The notes: generated by a model not told the origin, from the letters alone. Counted from the stretch's first letter, positions 19,670 to 29,053 are shown. The stretch: 64,000 nt of DNA from Eubacteriales bacterium (GCA_045128275.1 JBGVRH010000051.1:644-64643); one strand, 5' to 3'. Numbers and translations: made by a program.

Positions 19670-19894
19670 ATGTATATGACGCCGAATGAACGCCTGAGAG
19701 AAATGCGTATCCGACACGGCCTGCGGCAAGCCGAAGTAGCGGAATTATTGAATACGACTCAAAGACAGATCAGCAAGTACGAAAGAGGTCTGCAAGTCAT
19801 GGGAACGGATAAATATATAATTCTTGCGAAACACTACAACGTCAGCCTCGACTATCTGACGGGTCTGATCGACACGCCGAGAAAGCTGCATTAA
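19670..19894 (+). CDS. XRE family HTH regulator (copy 2)
   Basis: RLREMR..QAEVAELL..ISKYERG..LAKHYNVSLDYLTG. Confidence 0.9.
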   Translation: MYMTPNERLREMRIRHGLRQAEVAELLNTTQRQISKYERGLQVMGTDKYIILAKHYNVSLDYLTGLIDTPRKLH

Positions 19895-20053
19895 AAGATA
19901 AGGGCCACCTTTTCAAGGGTGGCTCATTTCTGTTCTTGGCGGGGCGCGTCACCGAAAAGTCCTTTCCTCTCCGTGAAAAACGCCATAATTCCCGCCACGA
20001 TTCCTCCACAATGTGACAGAATCCTGAAATCTTTTCCACATTGGAAAAACCCA

Positions 20054-20082
20054 TTGACAAAACCCATTGGATGTGATATAAT
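20054..20082 (+). promoter_or_regulatory. Sigma-A promoter of surface lipoprotein
   Basis: TTGACA-17bp-TATAAT perfect consensus. Confidence 0.8.
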
Positions 20083-20144
20083 ACGAAAACTGTTTGGGGC
20101 AAAAAAGCACGGCCCCACAATAGAAAAAGAAAGGAAACAATACC

Positions 20145-21458
20145 ATGAGAAAGCATCTTTTGATCCTGCTGGCTCTGGTCGCCGCTCTGTCCCTGGTCTT
20201 CGTGGCCTGCGACAAGACCCCCGATCAGCCCGCTGACACCACCGTCGCCACCGATGCTCCCACCGAGGAGCCCACCGACGCTCCCACCGAGCCCGAGTCC
20301 GAGGACGTGACCGAGCCCGCTACCGAGGAGGGCACCACCGCCGCTCCCGAGACCCAGGAGCCCGAGACTCAGGAGCCCGAGACCCAGGAGCCTGAGACCC
20401 AGGAGCCCGAGACCCAGGAGCCTGAGACCCAGGCCCCCGAGACCGAGGAGCCCGAGACCGAGCCCCAGGTCCCCCACTACGACAACTACAACGTTCCCCA
20501 GGATCAGTGGACCGTTTCCGGTCACTGCCCTGAGATCGTTGGCAGCGAGGGTCACGCCAACTCCCCCATGGTTGCCGCAGGCGGTGTTGCCTCCGGCGCT
20601 CTCCTGCACCAGGGTTCCATCAGCCTTGGTGAGATCGACCTGTCCAAGTACGAGAAGGTCGTGATCTACTTTGGCGTTGACAACTCCGACGTTACCTGGG
20701 GTCGTTACAATGAAAACGCCAACAACCGCATCATGCTGGTTTCTGCCGACACTCACCTGACCAACTCTCCCGCTGAGGAGACCGTCATCGCCGGCGCAAC
20801 CTACGAGCCCTGCGGCTGGGCTGTCGTTGCCTTCGAGATCGACCTGACCGACGTGGACTACAACGGCCCCGTGTTCGTGACCTACGACACCCTGCCCGGC
20901 ACCTTCATGCTGTTCAGCGAGATCGAGTTCATCGGTGCAGAGATGCCCGCTCCCGCTGAGCCCACCATTGTGGATCTGACCACCGTCGGCATCACCGGCA
21001 GCTACCCCACCGTGGACGTGCCGATCAACGCCGGTTCTCTGGGTCTGACTGAGGGTCACGTCATCACCCTCCACTACGGCTCCATCAACCTGGGCGAGAT
21101 GGATCTGTCTCAGTACAGCAAGGTCACCGTGACCTACGCTACCCCCTGCGGTGTGGCAAACGGCCAGGATATGAACGCCGAGTACGAGGCTACCGGCAAG
21201 CGCGTTCTGCTTCTGAACGCTCCCTCCGCTATTCAGGAGGGCTCCGCTTTCGAGCTTCTGCCCGCTGAGGATGCCATCGTCACCACCGCTCCCTACGAGA
21301 TCTCTCCCACTTACAGCCAGATCATGACCGTGGAGATCGACCTGACCAACGTTGACTACAACGGCCAGCTCTACCTCTCCTTCGATTTCCGTAACGCCGA
21401 CAACGCATTCGGCGCACTGGGCTATCTGGTGTTCGTGACCGAAATCGCCTTCGCGTAA
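20145..21458 (+). CDS. Surface lipoprotein with ETQEP linker and two homologous beta-rich domains
   Basis: Lipobox FVAC; (PETQE)n; duplicated GSIxLGExDLSxYxKV..EIDLTxVDYNG domain; strong codon bias. Confidence 0.85.
   Translation: MRKHLLILLALVAALSLVFVACDKTPDQPADTTVATDAPTEEPTDAPTEPESEDVTEPATEEGTTAAPETQEPETQEPETQEPETQEPETQEPETQAPETEEPETEPQVPHYDNYNVPQDQWTVSGHCPEIVGSEGHANSPMVAAGGVASGALLHQGSISLGEIDLSKYEKVVIYFGVDNSDVTWGRYNENANNRIMLVSADTHLTNSPAEETVIAGATYEPCGWAVVAFEIDLTDVDYNGPVFVTYDTLPGTFMLFSEIEFIGAEMPAPAEPTIVDLTTVGITGSYPTVDVPINAGSLGLTEGHVITLHYGSINLGEMDLSQYSKVTVTYATPCGVANGQDMNAEYEATGKRVLLLNAPSAIQEGSAFELLPAEDAIVTTAPYEISPTYSQIMTVEIDLTNVDYNGQLYLSFDFRNADNAFGALGYLVFVTEIAFA
20345..20466 (+). repeat. 15-bp coding tandem repeat (PETQE, about 8 units)
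   Basis: CCCGAGACCCAGGAG units. Confidence 0.9.
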
Positions 21459-21477
21459 TTCCGTCCATAACGAAACT

Positions 21478-21516
21478 GACCCCTTGCCTTTCGGCAAGGG
21501 GTCTTCTTTGCTTTTG
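21478..21516 (+). terminator. Intrinsic terminator
   Basis: GACCCCTTGCC-TTTC-GGCAAGGGGTC followed by T-rich tract. Confidence 0.8.
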
Positions 21517-21525
21517 GGGTGTTTT

Positions 21526-23883
21526 TCAATACTCCGAGAGCATCTCGGCAAGCCTGGCCTCGGCCTCATCCGCGCGGAGACGGTCGGCGGCGTAGGCACG
21601 GCGGAGCAGCTCGGCGGGGACGTGCTCGTCGTACTTCTCAAAGATGGGCACCTCCCCGCTCTGGACAAGGCTCTCGCAGTCGATGCCGTCGGTCTCCACG
21701 ATGCCGCACAGGTGGGAGAGCAGGTCGTAGTCGTTCCCTCGCTCCATGCGGAAGGTCATGTAGTAGCAGCCCTCGAATTCCAGATTGCTGATCTTGCAGA
21801 GGGAGGCGTTGCGGGCGATGAACTTCCGCAGGGTACGGAAGGATCGTGTCCCCAGCCAGGGGAACAGGCACCAGGTGTAGCCGCCCAGGGACACCAAGGA
21901 ATGCTCCAGCATCCCCGTGTTCCGCGCCACGTGGCGGGCGACCTCAATGCGCTTTTGGGCGTTGGGCTTGAGGTAAGGATAAACGGTATCCTCCTCCAGA
22001 ATACGGCGCATCCGCTTGAGTATTTTGGTGTGGATCTCACCGAAATCTCCCGGCCAGGACACCTCCATCTTGCCGTCCACCTGCTTGACGTAAATGAGCT
22101 TGCGCTGGATATCCAGCTCCTCCACCTCCCAGACGCGGCCCGCCAGGGCGAAGCGATCCCCCACGGGGGGCGGGGTGGTGATGGTGCCGATCTCATCCGA
22201 CCCCGCGCGGACGGTGAAGTCCTCGGAGTCCTTGAACACGGCGTAGAACTTGAAGCTTTTCAGCAGCCGCTCTCCCGCCATGCCCACGATCAGTCCCTTT
22301 TCCTCGGTCATCTCCATGAAATCGTGCTCGATCATGGACACCATGAGGGTGCGGTAGTCCTCCTTGGTCACCTCTGCGAAGGGGGGGAGGGACAGGACGC
22401 GCTCGGCCAGACGGCGGGGGGTCAGCTCACCCGAGGCGGCCAGCACCGACAGGGTCTGGTGGAAGAGCAGGGACATGGGCATCTTGCGGCGCAGAGGCGG
22501 CTCGATGAACCGCTCCTCGATATAGAGCTGGATGATGGCGATACCGCGGAGCAGCTCCCACGGGATAAGCTGGGGCAGGGGGGTATTGGGCAGAGGATCC
22601 TCCTCGCGGAAGACCATCATCATCTCGGGGGGCTCGCCCCGTCTGCCCGACCGTCCCAGCCGTTGCAGGAAGGAGGAGACACTGTTGGGCGCGCCGTTCT
22701 GGAGTACCCGCTCCAAGCGGCCTATGTCGATACCCAGCTCCATGGTCACCGTGGCGCAGGTGACGGCGAAGATCTCCTCGTCCTTCATCTTGGCCTCGGC
22801 TTCCTCGCGGATGGAGGCGGAGAGGTTGCCGTGGTGGATGAGGAACACGTCCTGATCCCCCCGCGCGCGGGCGATCTGACGGAAGGTAGCACAGAGGTAT
22901 TCTGTCTCCTCGCGGGAATTGGAGAAGACCAGGGATTTCTTATCCTTGACGCAGTCGTACATGTACTCGTAGCCCGCATCGAGAGGGTGGGCGGCGATCT
23001 TCGGGAGAGCGGACTCCACCATAGCGGCGGCCACCGCTTGGGCGGTGGAAAGGTCGAGAGCCTTTTCATAGTCGGTGAGTTCATCGCCGCTCTCGGTGTT
23101 GTCCTCGGTCATGTCGTCGGTGCCGTCCTGTTGAGAATCGGCAGGCTCCGCCGACTGGTCATCCTTGGGGTTCTGGATGTAGAAATGCTCCAGACCCAGC
23201 CGCCAGCGGATCTTGCCCTCCTCAAAGGTGGGCACGTCCACGGGGATGCCCGTGTCCCCTGCCAGCCAGTCAGCGGCGAGGTTTGGGTCACCGATGGTGG
23301 CCGACAGACCGATACGGCGGGGGGTACGGCCGATGAGATGGCCGATACGGGTGAGCTGACAGATGATCTGGTTGCCGCGATCCGTGCCCGTGAGGGTGTG
23401 GATCTCATCGATGACGATGTAGCGGAGGTCACCGAACAAGCGCAGGATATCGTTGGAGCGGTTGATGAGCATGGCCTCCAACGACTCGGGGGTGATCTGC
23501 AGAATGCCCGAGGGCTTTTCCAGCAGCTTTTTCTTGTGGGACTGAGCCACGTCCCCGTGCCAGCGGGTCACGCGGATGCCCGTCATGTCCAGAAGCTCCT
23601 CCATGCGCCCGAACTGGTCGTTGATGAGGGATTTCAGGGGGCAGATGTACAGTGCCCCCACACTCATGGGCGGGTTCTCGCAGAGATCCGAGAGAATGGG
23701 GAAAAAGGCCGCCTCGGTCTTGCCGCTGGCGGTGGAGGAGGTGAGCAGGAGGTGGTGGTCGGTCAGAAACAGCGTCCTCGCCGCCGCCACCTGCACCCCT
23801 CGCAGGGACTCCCAGCGGTGGGTGAAGATGTACTCACGGATGAATTCGGGGAAGCGGGAAAAAATGCGGTCGGCTTCGGTCAT
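21526..23883 (-). CDS. Lhr-like DEAH-box helicase, Shango SngC-like
   Basis: STASGKTEAAF, PLKSLINDQF, ITPESLE, IDEIH, GLSATIGD, HHGNLS, ELGIDIG, QRLGRSGRR. Confidence 0.88.
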   Translation of the reverse strand: MTEADRIFSRFPEFIREYIFTHRWESLRGVQVAAARTLFLTDHHLLLTSSTASGKTEAAFFPILSDLCENPPMSVGALYICPLKSLINDQFGRMEELLDMTGIRVTRWHGDVAQSHKKKLLEKPSGILQITPESLEAMLINRSNDILRLFGDLRYIVIDEIHTLTGTDRGNQIICQLTRIGHLIGRTPRRIGLSATIGDPNLAADWLAGDTGIPVDVPTFEEGKIRWRLGLEHFYIQNPKDDQSAEPADSQQDGTDDMTEDNTESGDELTDYEKALDLSTAQAVAAAMVESALPKIAAHPLDAGYEYMYDCVKDKKSLVFSNSREETEYLCATFRQIARARGDQDVFLIHHGNLSASIREEAEAKMKDEEIFAVTCATVTMELGIDIGRLERVLQNGAPNSVSSFLQRLGRSGRRGEPPEMMMVFREEDPLPNTPLPQLIPWELLRGIAIIQLYIEERFIEPPLRRKMPMSLLFHQTLSVLAASGELTPRRLAERVLSLPPFAEVTKEDYRTLMVSMIEHDFMEMTEEKGLIVGMAGERLLKSFKFYAVFKDSEDFTVRAGSDEIGTITTPPPVGDRFALAGRVWEVEELDIQRKLIYVKQVDGKMEVSWPGDFGEIHTKILKRMRRILEEDTVYPYLKPNAQKRIEVARHVARNTGMLEHSLVSLGGYTWCLFPWLGTRSFRTLRKFIARNASLCKISNLEFEGCYYMTFRMERGNDYDLLSHLCGIVETDGIDCESLVQSGEVPIFEKYDEHVPAELLRRAYAADRLRADEAEARLAEMLSEY

Positions 23884-23903
23884 GGGGGCTCCTTTCTGGA
23901 GAG

Positions 23904-23985
23904 CGGGGGGACGGGAGAACGTGCCTCCGGCGGCTTAAGAACCCTTTTGGAAAAGGGTTCTTAAGAATCTCCTAAAACTTTAAAA
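23904..23985. repeat. REP-like palindromic element (family A)
   Basis: Stem CTTAAGAACCCTTTT-GG-AAAAGGGTTCTTAAG; similar copies at 39250-39327 and 31102-31172. Confidence 0.8.
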
Positions 23986-23989
23986 TGGG

Positions 23990-24271
23990 TCAATCATTTC
24001 CGTAAAATGCAAGGAGAGAAGGGTCTTGGACGATCTCATCCAAGGCTCGGCGGATGGTGCCCTCGTCAATGCGCTTTACGACGATATACTTGAACGACGG
24101 CGATAGAAAATCTTCATGGTTGGATTCCATCAAGGATTTCAGATTGTCGGGCGTGATAAAGACCAACGTGTAGGATTCACCGTCTACGGTGGTCACGCAC
24201 ACGTCCATGTTGTCATTGGTGGGATCGGCTATGCCTTCTATGGGTGTGGGGAAGAAAATGTCATACTTCAC
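23990..24271 (-). CDS. Hypothetical acidic protein, immunity-protein-like
   Basis: DPTNDNMDVCV..YTLVFITPDNLKSLM; GTG start with GAAAGGAG RBS; lower GC. Confidence 0.65.
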   Translation of the reverse strand: MKYDIFFPTPIEGIADPTNDNMDVCVTTVDGESYTLVFITPDNLKSLMESNHEDFLSPSFKYIVVKRIDEGTIRRALDEIVQDPSLLAFYGND

Positions 24272-24283
24272 GGCGATCTCCTT

Positions 24284-24907
24284 TCAAAAAGCTCGGAACA
24301 TATCCTCGATCGGCTTAATCTCCGCGCCCGTAAGCTTATGCTTGCGGATGACCTCGGCCACCCGCTCGTTGCACACAAACATAGCGGGGAAATCCCCCAC
24401 GCGGCAGAGGTCGTGACCGCTCCAGGTGTCCATATCCAAGGCGGCGGGGATGGTGTACAGCCTTTCGCGGCTCCAAGCGAATCGACCGCAAGCGGGGCAT
24501 AGGTTCTTTTTCTTCAGCTTCATGGCGAAAAGGTCAAGCTCCACACGTCCCATGATGGGTGCGTAGCAGTAGACGGGATCGGCAACAGGCTCGGCCTTTG
24601 CCCCTTTCACGCGAAAGACAGGAACCGACTCGATCTCTCCCAGACCGCTGATCCCCGCCTCGTGGAGCAGGTCGATCACCCGCGCGGAGCAGAGAAAGTC
24701 TCCCACAGGCACCCCCGTAAACTCCAAAAAGTCGGGGTACTTGGCTCCACCCTCCACCTCATAGGCGCGGGGAAAGATGCGCGGTAGGGGAGTGGCGATC
24801 TCCCGCCCACAGGAGGGGCAGGGGGTGCGGTCAAAGCCACCGAAACCGCGATCCCGCCATGCGTAGGCGTAGCGGTTGGAGGAGTGGATGGAGAGGGTGT
24901 AGAGCAT
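24284..24907 (-). CDS. Double-CXXCG motif protein (immunity-like)
   Basis: CPSCG and CPACG; YPDFL; TWSGHDL..FVCNERVAEVIRKHKLTG. Confidence 0.7.
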   Translation of the reverse strand: MLYTLSIHSSNRYAYAWRDRGFGGFDRTPCPSCGREIATPLPRIFPRAYEVEGGAKYPDFLEFTGVPVGDFLCSARVIDLLHEAGISGLGEIESVPVFRVKGAKAEPVADPVYCYAPIMGRVELDLFAMKLKKKNLCPACGRFAWSRERLYTIPAALDMDTWSGHDLCRVGDFPAMFVCNERVAEVIRKHKLTGAEIKPIEDMFRAF

Positions 24908-24941
24908 GGCGGTGTCCTTTCCGAAAAGGGAATTCTCGTGC

Positions 24942-25331
24942 TTAATTGTTTGGTTGATTTTCGTCTAAATACTGCACACGGCTATTCCACCATGCAACAA
25001 ATCCCTCCGCATCTGCCTTCTCGTGCTTGGATTTTCCCCACCAGCAGGAACGGAATTCAAAATTGTCCATCATTTCCAGAACACCTGTTCTGAATACTTT
25101 TTGGCACCGTACATTTTCAATGAGGGAAATATCCGTTTGAACCACCTGCAATTTCTTTCCACGGGTTATTCCTAAAGTGCTGATCTCATCCCTTGAACGA
25201 TCCCAAAGCCGTCCGCAAAGATACACCTTGGCACCGCCCGCAAAAGCGGCTGTTCCGTTACGCAGTATTCCGTTTTCATCAACGTGGGATTCCTTAATAT
25301 TACCCACCACACAATACGTCCAGTTTTGCAT
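24942..25331 (-). CDS. Hypothetical protein, AT-rich
   Basis: RBS GAAAGGAG before MQNWTYCVVGNI; markedly lower GC than flanks. Confidence 0.7.
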   Translation of the reverse strand: MQNWTYCVVGNIKESHVDENGILRNGTAAFAGGAKVYLCGRLWDRSRDEISTLGITRGKKLQVVQTDISLIENVRCQKVFRTGVLEMMDNFEFRSCWWGKSKHEKADAEGFVAWWNSRVQYLDENQPNN

Positions 25332-25401
25332 ATCTGCACAGTCTCCTTTCAGAAAAATCATATTCGGGGTTTGGCAAGACGGTTGGATGGCCGATACCCC
25401 C

Positions 25402-25541
25402 CTGTAGGGAGCGACGCCCTCGTCGCTCCGCCACAGAAGGCATACCGATATTTTTCGGCTTTAGGTTCACAAAAAACTAATCAAGCAAAGGAAATTGGAA
25501 TTGAATAGGTCGCGGAGCGGTGAGGGCACCGCTCCCTACAA
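25402..25541. repeat. GTAG-type REP doublet (REPIN-like)
   Basis: TGTAGGGAGCGACGCCCTCGTCGCTCCGC .. GCGGAGCGGTGAGGGCACCGCTCCCTACA in inverted orientation. Confidence 0.8.
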
Positions 25542-25559
25542 TGGGTTGTCTGCAACCTC

Positions 25560-26966
25560 TCAAAAATCCAGATCCTCGGGGTTAAACTTCTTCTTATCCT
25601 CCGCTGTCACGGGAGTCGTTCCCTTCTCTGCGGCGGTGGGTGCCCACGCGTCCTCGGGGTCGCTGTCCTCATGCTTCAGCGTCACCGCCGACCCCACCAC
25701 CTGCTCAAAAGTAGCCTCGGGGTTCTGCATGAGGATGTTCAGGACGGTCATATAGTCGCGAAGCATCTCGCGGGGGGTGATCATGCTGTCCGCGCCCGCG
25801 CGGGAGAGGCAGAGGTTGAGAAATGCCAGCTGCTGGGCGTCGGTGATGCGGCACTCCCAGTTGTAGAACTGGGCGTACAGCGCCGTCACGCGGCGGATCA
25901 GAGCCAGCAGCTCGTCGTCGGCCAGACGGCGCAGACGGATCACGGGGCCGATGAGGTTCTTGAAGCCCTCCAGGGCAAATCGGCTGTCGCAGAGACGGGA
26001 GCGGAGAGCCTCATAGGAGAACAGGCCTCGACGGGTGTCCTCGAGAAACTGGGGCGTGCCGCCGAAGACGATGCCCAAGCCCGGGGCGCGGCCCTGGAGG
26101 GTATCGTTGAACATGGACAGGATCTTCTCGTAGTTGTTCTCCCGGCTGACGCGGTGGACGATCTTGTAGAGGTTGACGCACTCGTCGATGAAGACCACGA
26201 GGCCGCGATACCCCATCTTGCGGACGAGGGATGCCCAGAGCTTGAGGAAATCGTACCAGTTATCGTCGTCGATGATGACCGACACGGCAAAGCCCAGCTC
26301 GGATCGAGCCTCTGTTTTGGTGGCGTACTCACCTCTGAGCCAGCGCAGGCAGGCCGACATCCGCAGGCGGGCGGTCTCGCCGTCCTCACGGTAGGCCTTG
26401 TAGTAGGCGGTGATGACGCGGGCGAAGTCAAAGCCTCCCACCAGAAACTCCAGCTCCCGCATGGTGTCGCTGACCTTGCGGGTCATGAGATCGTCAAAGC
26501 GGGGATCCTCGGGAGACACGCCGCCCGAGATCAGCTCATCCTGCATCATACCGATCCAGCGGGCGATGAGCTTGGGGAGAGCCCCGCCGTCGGGGGAGGC
26601 CTTGGAGGCCAGATTCTTCATCAGCTCGCGGTAGGTGGCCACACCCGACCCGCCGCTGCCGTAGAGACGGCGCTCGGGGGACAGGTCAGCATCGGCGGTG
26701 ATGAAGTCCCGCTCCAGAGCGTAGCCACGGATGAGCTGGATGAGGAAGCTCTTACCGCTGCCGTAGCGGCCGATGAGGAAGCGCATAGAGCCGCCGCCAC
26801 CGTCGATCTGCTCCAGATCCGACAGGAGTGCGGCGATCTCGTCCTTGCGCCCGATGGCGATGTAGGGCGCGCCCGCGCGAGGCACCACCCCCGCCGAAAC
26901 GGACGCCAGCAGCGACCCCAGCACACGGCGGGGGACTTTCACTTGATTCTGATTGGTATTTTCCAT
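25560..26966 (-). CDS. DUF2791/BrxD-like P-loop ATPase, Shango SngB-like
   Basis: AGVVPRAG, GRYGSGKSF, ADLSPERRL, GLVVFIDECVNLYKI, YEALRSRL. Confidence 0.9.
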   Translation of the reverse strand: MENTNQNQVKVPRRVLGSLLASVSAGVVPRAGAPYIAIGRKDEIAALLSDLEQIDGGGGSMRFLIGRYGSGKSFLIQLIRGYALERDFITADADLSPERRLYGSGGSGVATYRELMKNLASKASPDGGALPKLIARWIGMMQDELISGGVSPEDPRFDDLMTRKVSDTMRELEFLVGGFDFARVITAYYKAYREDGETARLRMSACLRWLRGEYATKTEARSELGFAVSVIIDDDNWYDFLKLWASLVRKMGYRGLVVFIDECVNLYKIVHRVSRENNYEKILSMFNDTLQGRAPGLGIVFGGTPQFLEDTRRGLFSYEALRSRLCDSRFALEGFKNLIGPVIRLRRLADDELLALIRRVTALYAQFYNWECRITDAQQLAFLNLCLSRAGADSMITPREMLRDYMTVLNILMQNPEATFEQVVGSAVTLKHEDSDPEDAWAPTAAEKGTTPVTAEDKKKFNPEDLDF

Positions 26967-26981
26967 ATAGTTTCTCCGTAA

Positions 26982-28976
26982 TTATAACAACTCAATGACC
27001 TGTTCGCGATAGTCTGCAATGACGGTATAGCCGCCCATCCCATCGTCCTCCAGCACGATATCCCCGATCTCTCCGTCGGCGGTGAGAGCGTTGATCTCAT
27101 CGGCCAGGGCATCGGGCATCTTCCCGAGAGCCTTGGCGGCGGCGCGCATAGCGGCAGAATCCCCGTCCAGAGCGGCCTTGATGAAGGGGGCGTAGGGCGC
27201 AAGTGGACGGTCTTCCCCCCTCTCAACGGTCATGGTAGGCTCACCGTTTACCGCGTCCTCGGCGTTCCCCTCCGTTTGCGCCGCAGGCGCAACATCATTT
27301 CCGCGAAGCGGAACATCATTTGCCGTGTCAACGGCATCCTCATTGCCTCGCAGAGGCACATCATTTGCGCCCCGCGCAACCTCATTTGCCGCTCCGTCGG
27401 CAACCCCAAAAGCCTCCACGAGGATTTTGGTGGTCTCCCAGGAATCCGCCTCGATAGCCGCCGCATCCTCCAGAGACACCGCCTTGCGGGGCAGATCGTA
27501 CAACGCCTCGTAGGCGGGGCGGGGTTCTTCCTTCTTCTTGACAATAGCGGCAGATTTGGTCGGTTCCATGGGGTTCAGGTAGACGTCCAGTGCATCCCGC
27601 AGAGGGATGGGCAAGGACATGACCGACAGCTTGGAGCGCACCCCGATCCATCCGCGAAGACGGTTCTCCACGTGCTTGACCATGTCTCCCATGAGGAAGC
27701 GCAGCTCGTGGGAGCGGGAGAAGGAGGTGTAGGCCACCTCGACCTTGCGCTTGTTGCGGTAGGAACAGAGAGCCCCCACGAAGGCGTCGCGGGTGACGGT
27801 GGAATCCAGCATCGTAATGGCGGGCTTCTGTCCGTTTGCCCCCAGAAGCAGGGGCAGGACGTGAGCCACGGCGGCGGGGATGGTGGAGTCGAACAGCTCC
27901 TTATGCTCTCCTCCCGCAAACTTGGACTTGCGGTAATCGTACTGACAGCAATGCCGCATCAGAATGCGGGCGGTGCGGAGGGCGGTGGGGTCGGCTTTGC
28001 CCATGGACGAAGCACCATCACCCTCGGGCAGGCGGACGGCGGCGGAGAGGTAGAATTCCTTCAAGCGGCTCTCCTGAATGATGGCATCCAGCGCGGGGGC
28101 AAGGAGATCCACGGGGGCGATCAGCTCATGGATCAGGCAGTAATCGCAGAGCCACTCGCACATGTAGTGATCCAGCTGGGGAAAGGGCTTGCGGTAGGCC
28201 ATCCAGACCTTCGCCATAGCATCGCGGCGGTCTCTTGCCTCGGCGGCCTCCCCCACGGGGAGGTTGATCAGCTCGAAGAGGTAGAGCAGGATGTAGGCGT
28301 AATCGGTGTCGGGGTACTGTCCCTTCCGCACGAACTCCCGCCAGTAGAGATACCACCCCTCGGAGCGGCGGTTCAGCTGGGTGTATTGAGGGAAATAGGA
28401 GAAAAAGCTGACCTTCTCGGCGGTCTTCGGGGGCTTCATGCCGTCGTAGCGGAGGGCATCCTCCACGAAGCTGTCAAAGTAGTGGTAGCCCGCCTGCCAG
28501 CCGTAGACCTTGACGCTGTGGAGCAGGACACCGTGGGGGCGATACTCCCGCAGAGGCTCGGCGGGCTTGCTCTCGGCTCGCTTGTAGGAGGGGACGTAGC
28601 GGGTGGCCTCGGCCTCCCCTTGGACAGCGGGACGGGGATCGGAATTCGGATTCGGGTTGGGCGCGGGCTGGGGTGCTGGCATGGGACGGCCATATTCCCC
28701 CGCGCTTGGGGTGCTTCCCTCCTCCCTTGCAAAGACCGTTAAGGGAGCGGCGGTCACAGGCTCAGAGGCTTTGGGGAGTGAGACTTCACCAACAGGCTCC
28801 GCCGTCCTCTGGGGCACCAGCTCGATCTCTACGGCAGTGGGCGCGGGACGGGGCGGAGGCGGGGTACGGCGGGCGGGTCGCTCGGGGAGGAGCTTATCCA
28901 CGTCCCAAAAGTCGTCGATCTCCCGCTTGCGGTCGGATTCGGGGGTATTTTGGTGTTTTTTCTCCCATTCGGTCAT
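26982..28976 (-). CDS. TerB N-terminal/TerB-C domain protein, Shango SngA-like
   Basis: FFSYFPQYTQLN..YLYWR..TDYAYILLYLFELIN (TerB-N); MPDALADEIN..IGDIVLE (TerB-C). Confidence 0.85.
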   Translation of the reverse strand: MTEWEKKHQNTPESDRKREIDDFWDVDKLLPERPARRTPPPPRPAPTAVEIELVPQRTAEPVGEVSLPKASEPVTAAPLTVFAREEGSTPSAGEYGRPMPAPQPAPNPNPNSDPRPAVQGEAEATRYVPSYKRAESKPAEPLREYRPHGVLLHSVKVYGWQAGYHYFDSFVEDALRYDGMKPPKTAEKVSFFSYFPQYTQLNRRSEGWYLYWREFVRKGQYPDTDYAYILLYLFELINLPVGEAAEARDRRDAMAKVWMAYRKPFPQLDHYMCEWLCDYCLIHELIAPVDLLAPALDAIIQESRLKEFYLSAAVRLPEGDGASSMGKADPTALRTARILMRHCCQYDYRKSKFAGGEHKELFDSTIPAAVAHVLPLLLGANGQKPAITMLDSTVTRDAFVGALCSYRNKRKVEVAYTSFSRSHELRFLMGDMVKHVENRLRGWIGVRSKLSVMSLPIPLRDALDVYLNPMEPTKSAAIVKKKEEPRPAYEALYDLPRKAVSLEDAAAIEADSWETTKILVEAFGVADGAANEVARGANDVPLRGNEDAVDTANDVPLRGNDVAPAAQTEGNAEDAVNGEPTMTVERGEDRPLAPYAPFIKAALDGDSAAMRAAAKALGKMPDALADEINALTADGEIGDIVLEDDGMGGYTVIADYREQVIELL

Positions 28977-29024
28977 ATATATGCCTCCTTTCCCGGGGCC
29001 TTGCGTGATTCTTTGTAATATATT

Positions 29025-29053
29025 ATTGTACCATACATTGGGATGCTTGTCAA
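29025..29053 (-). promoter_or_regulatory. Sigma-A promoter of Shango-like operon
   Basis: TTGACA-17bp-TACAAT on minus strand. Confidence 0.7.

Noticed and set aside
25560-26966. BREX system suggested by the BrxD-like ATPase
   Set aside because: No pglZ, pglX or brxC in the window; TerB plus Lhr context fits Shango better.
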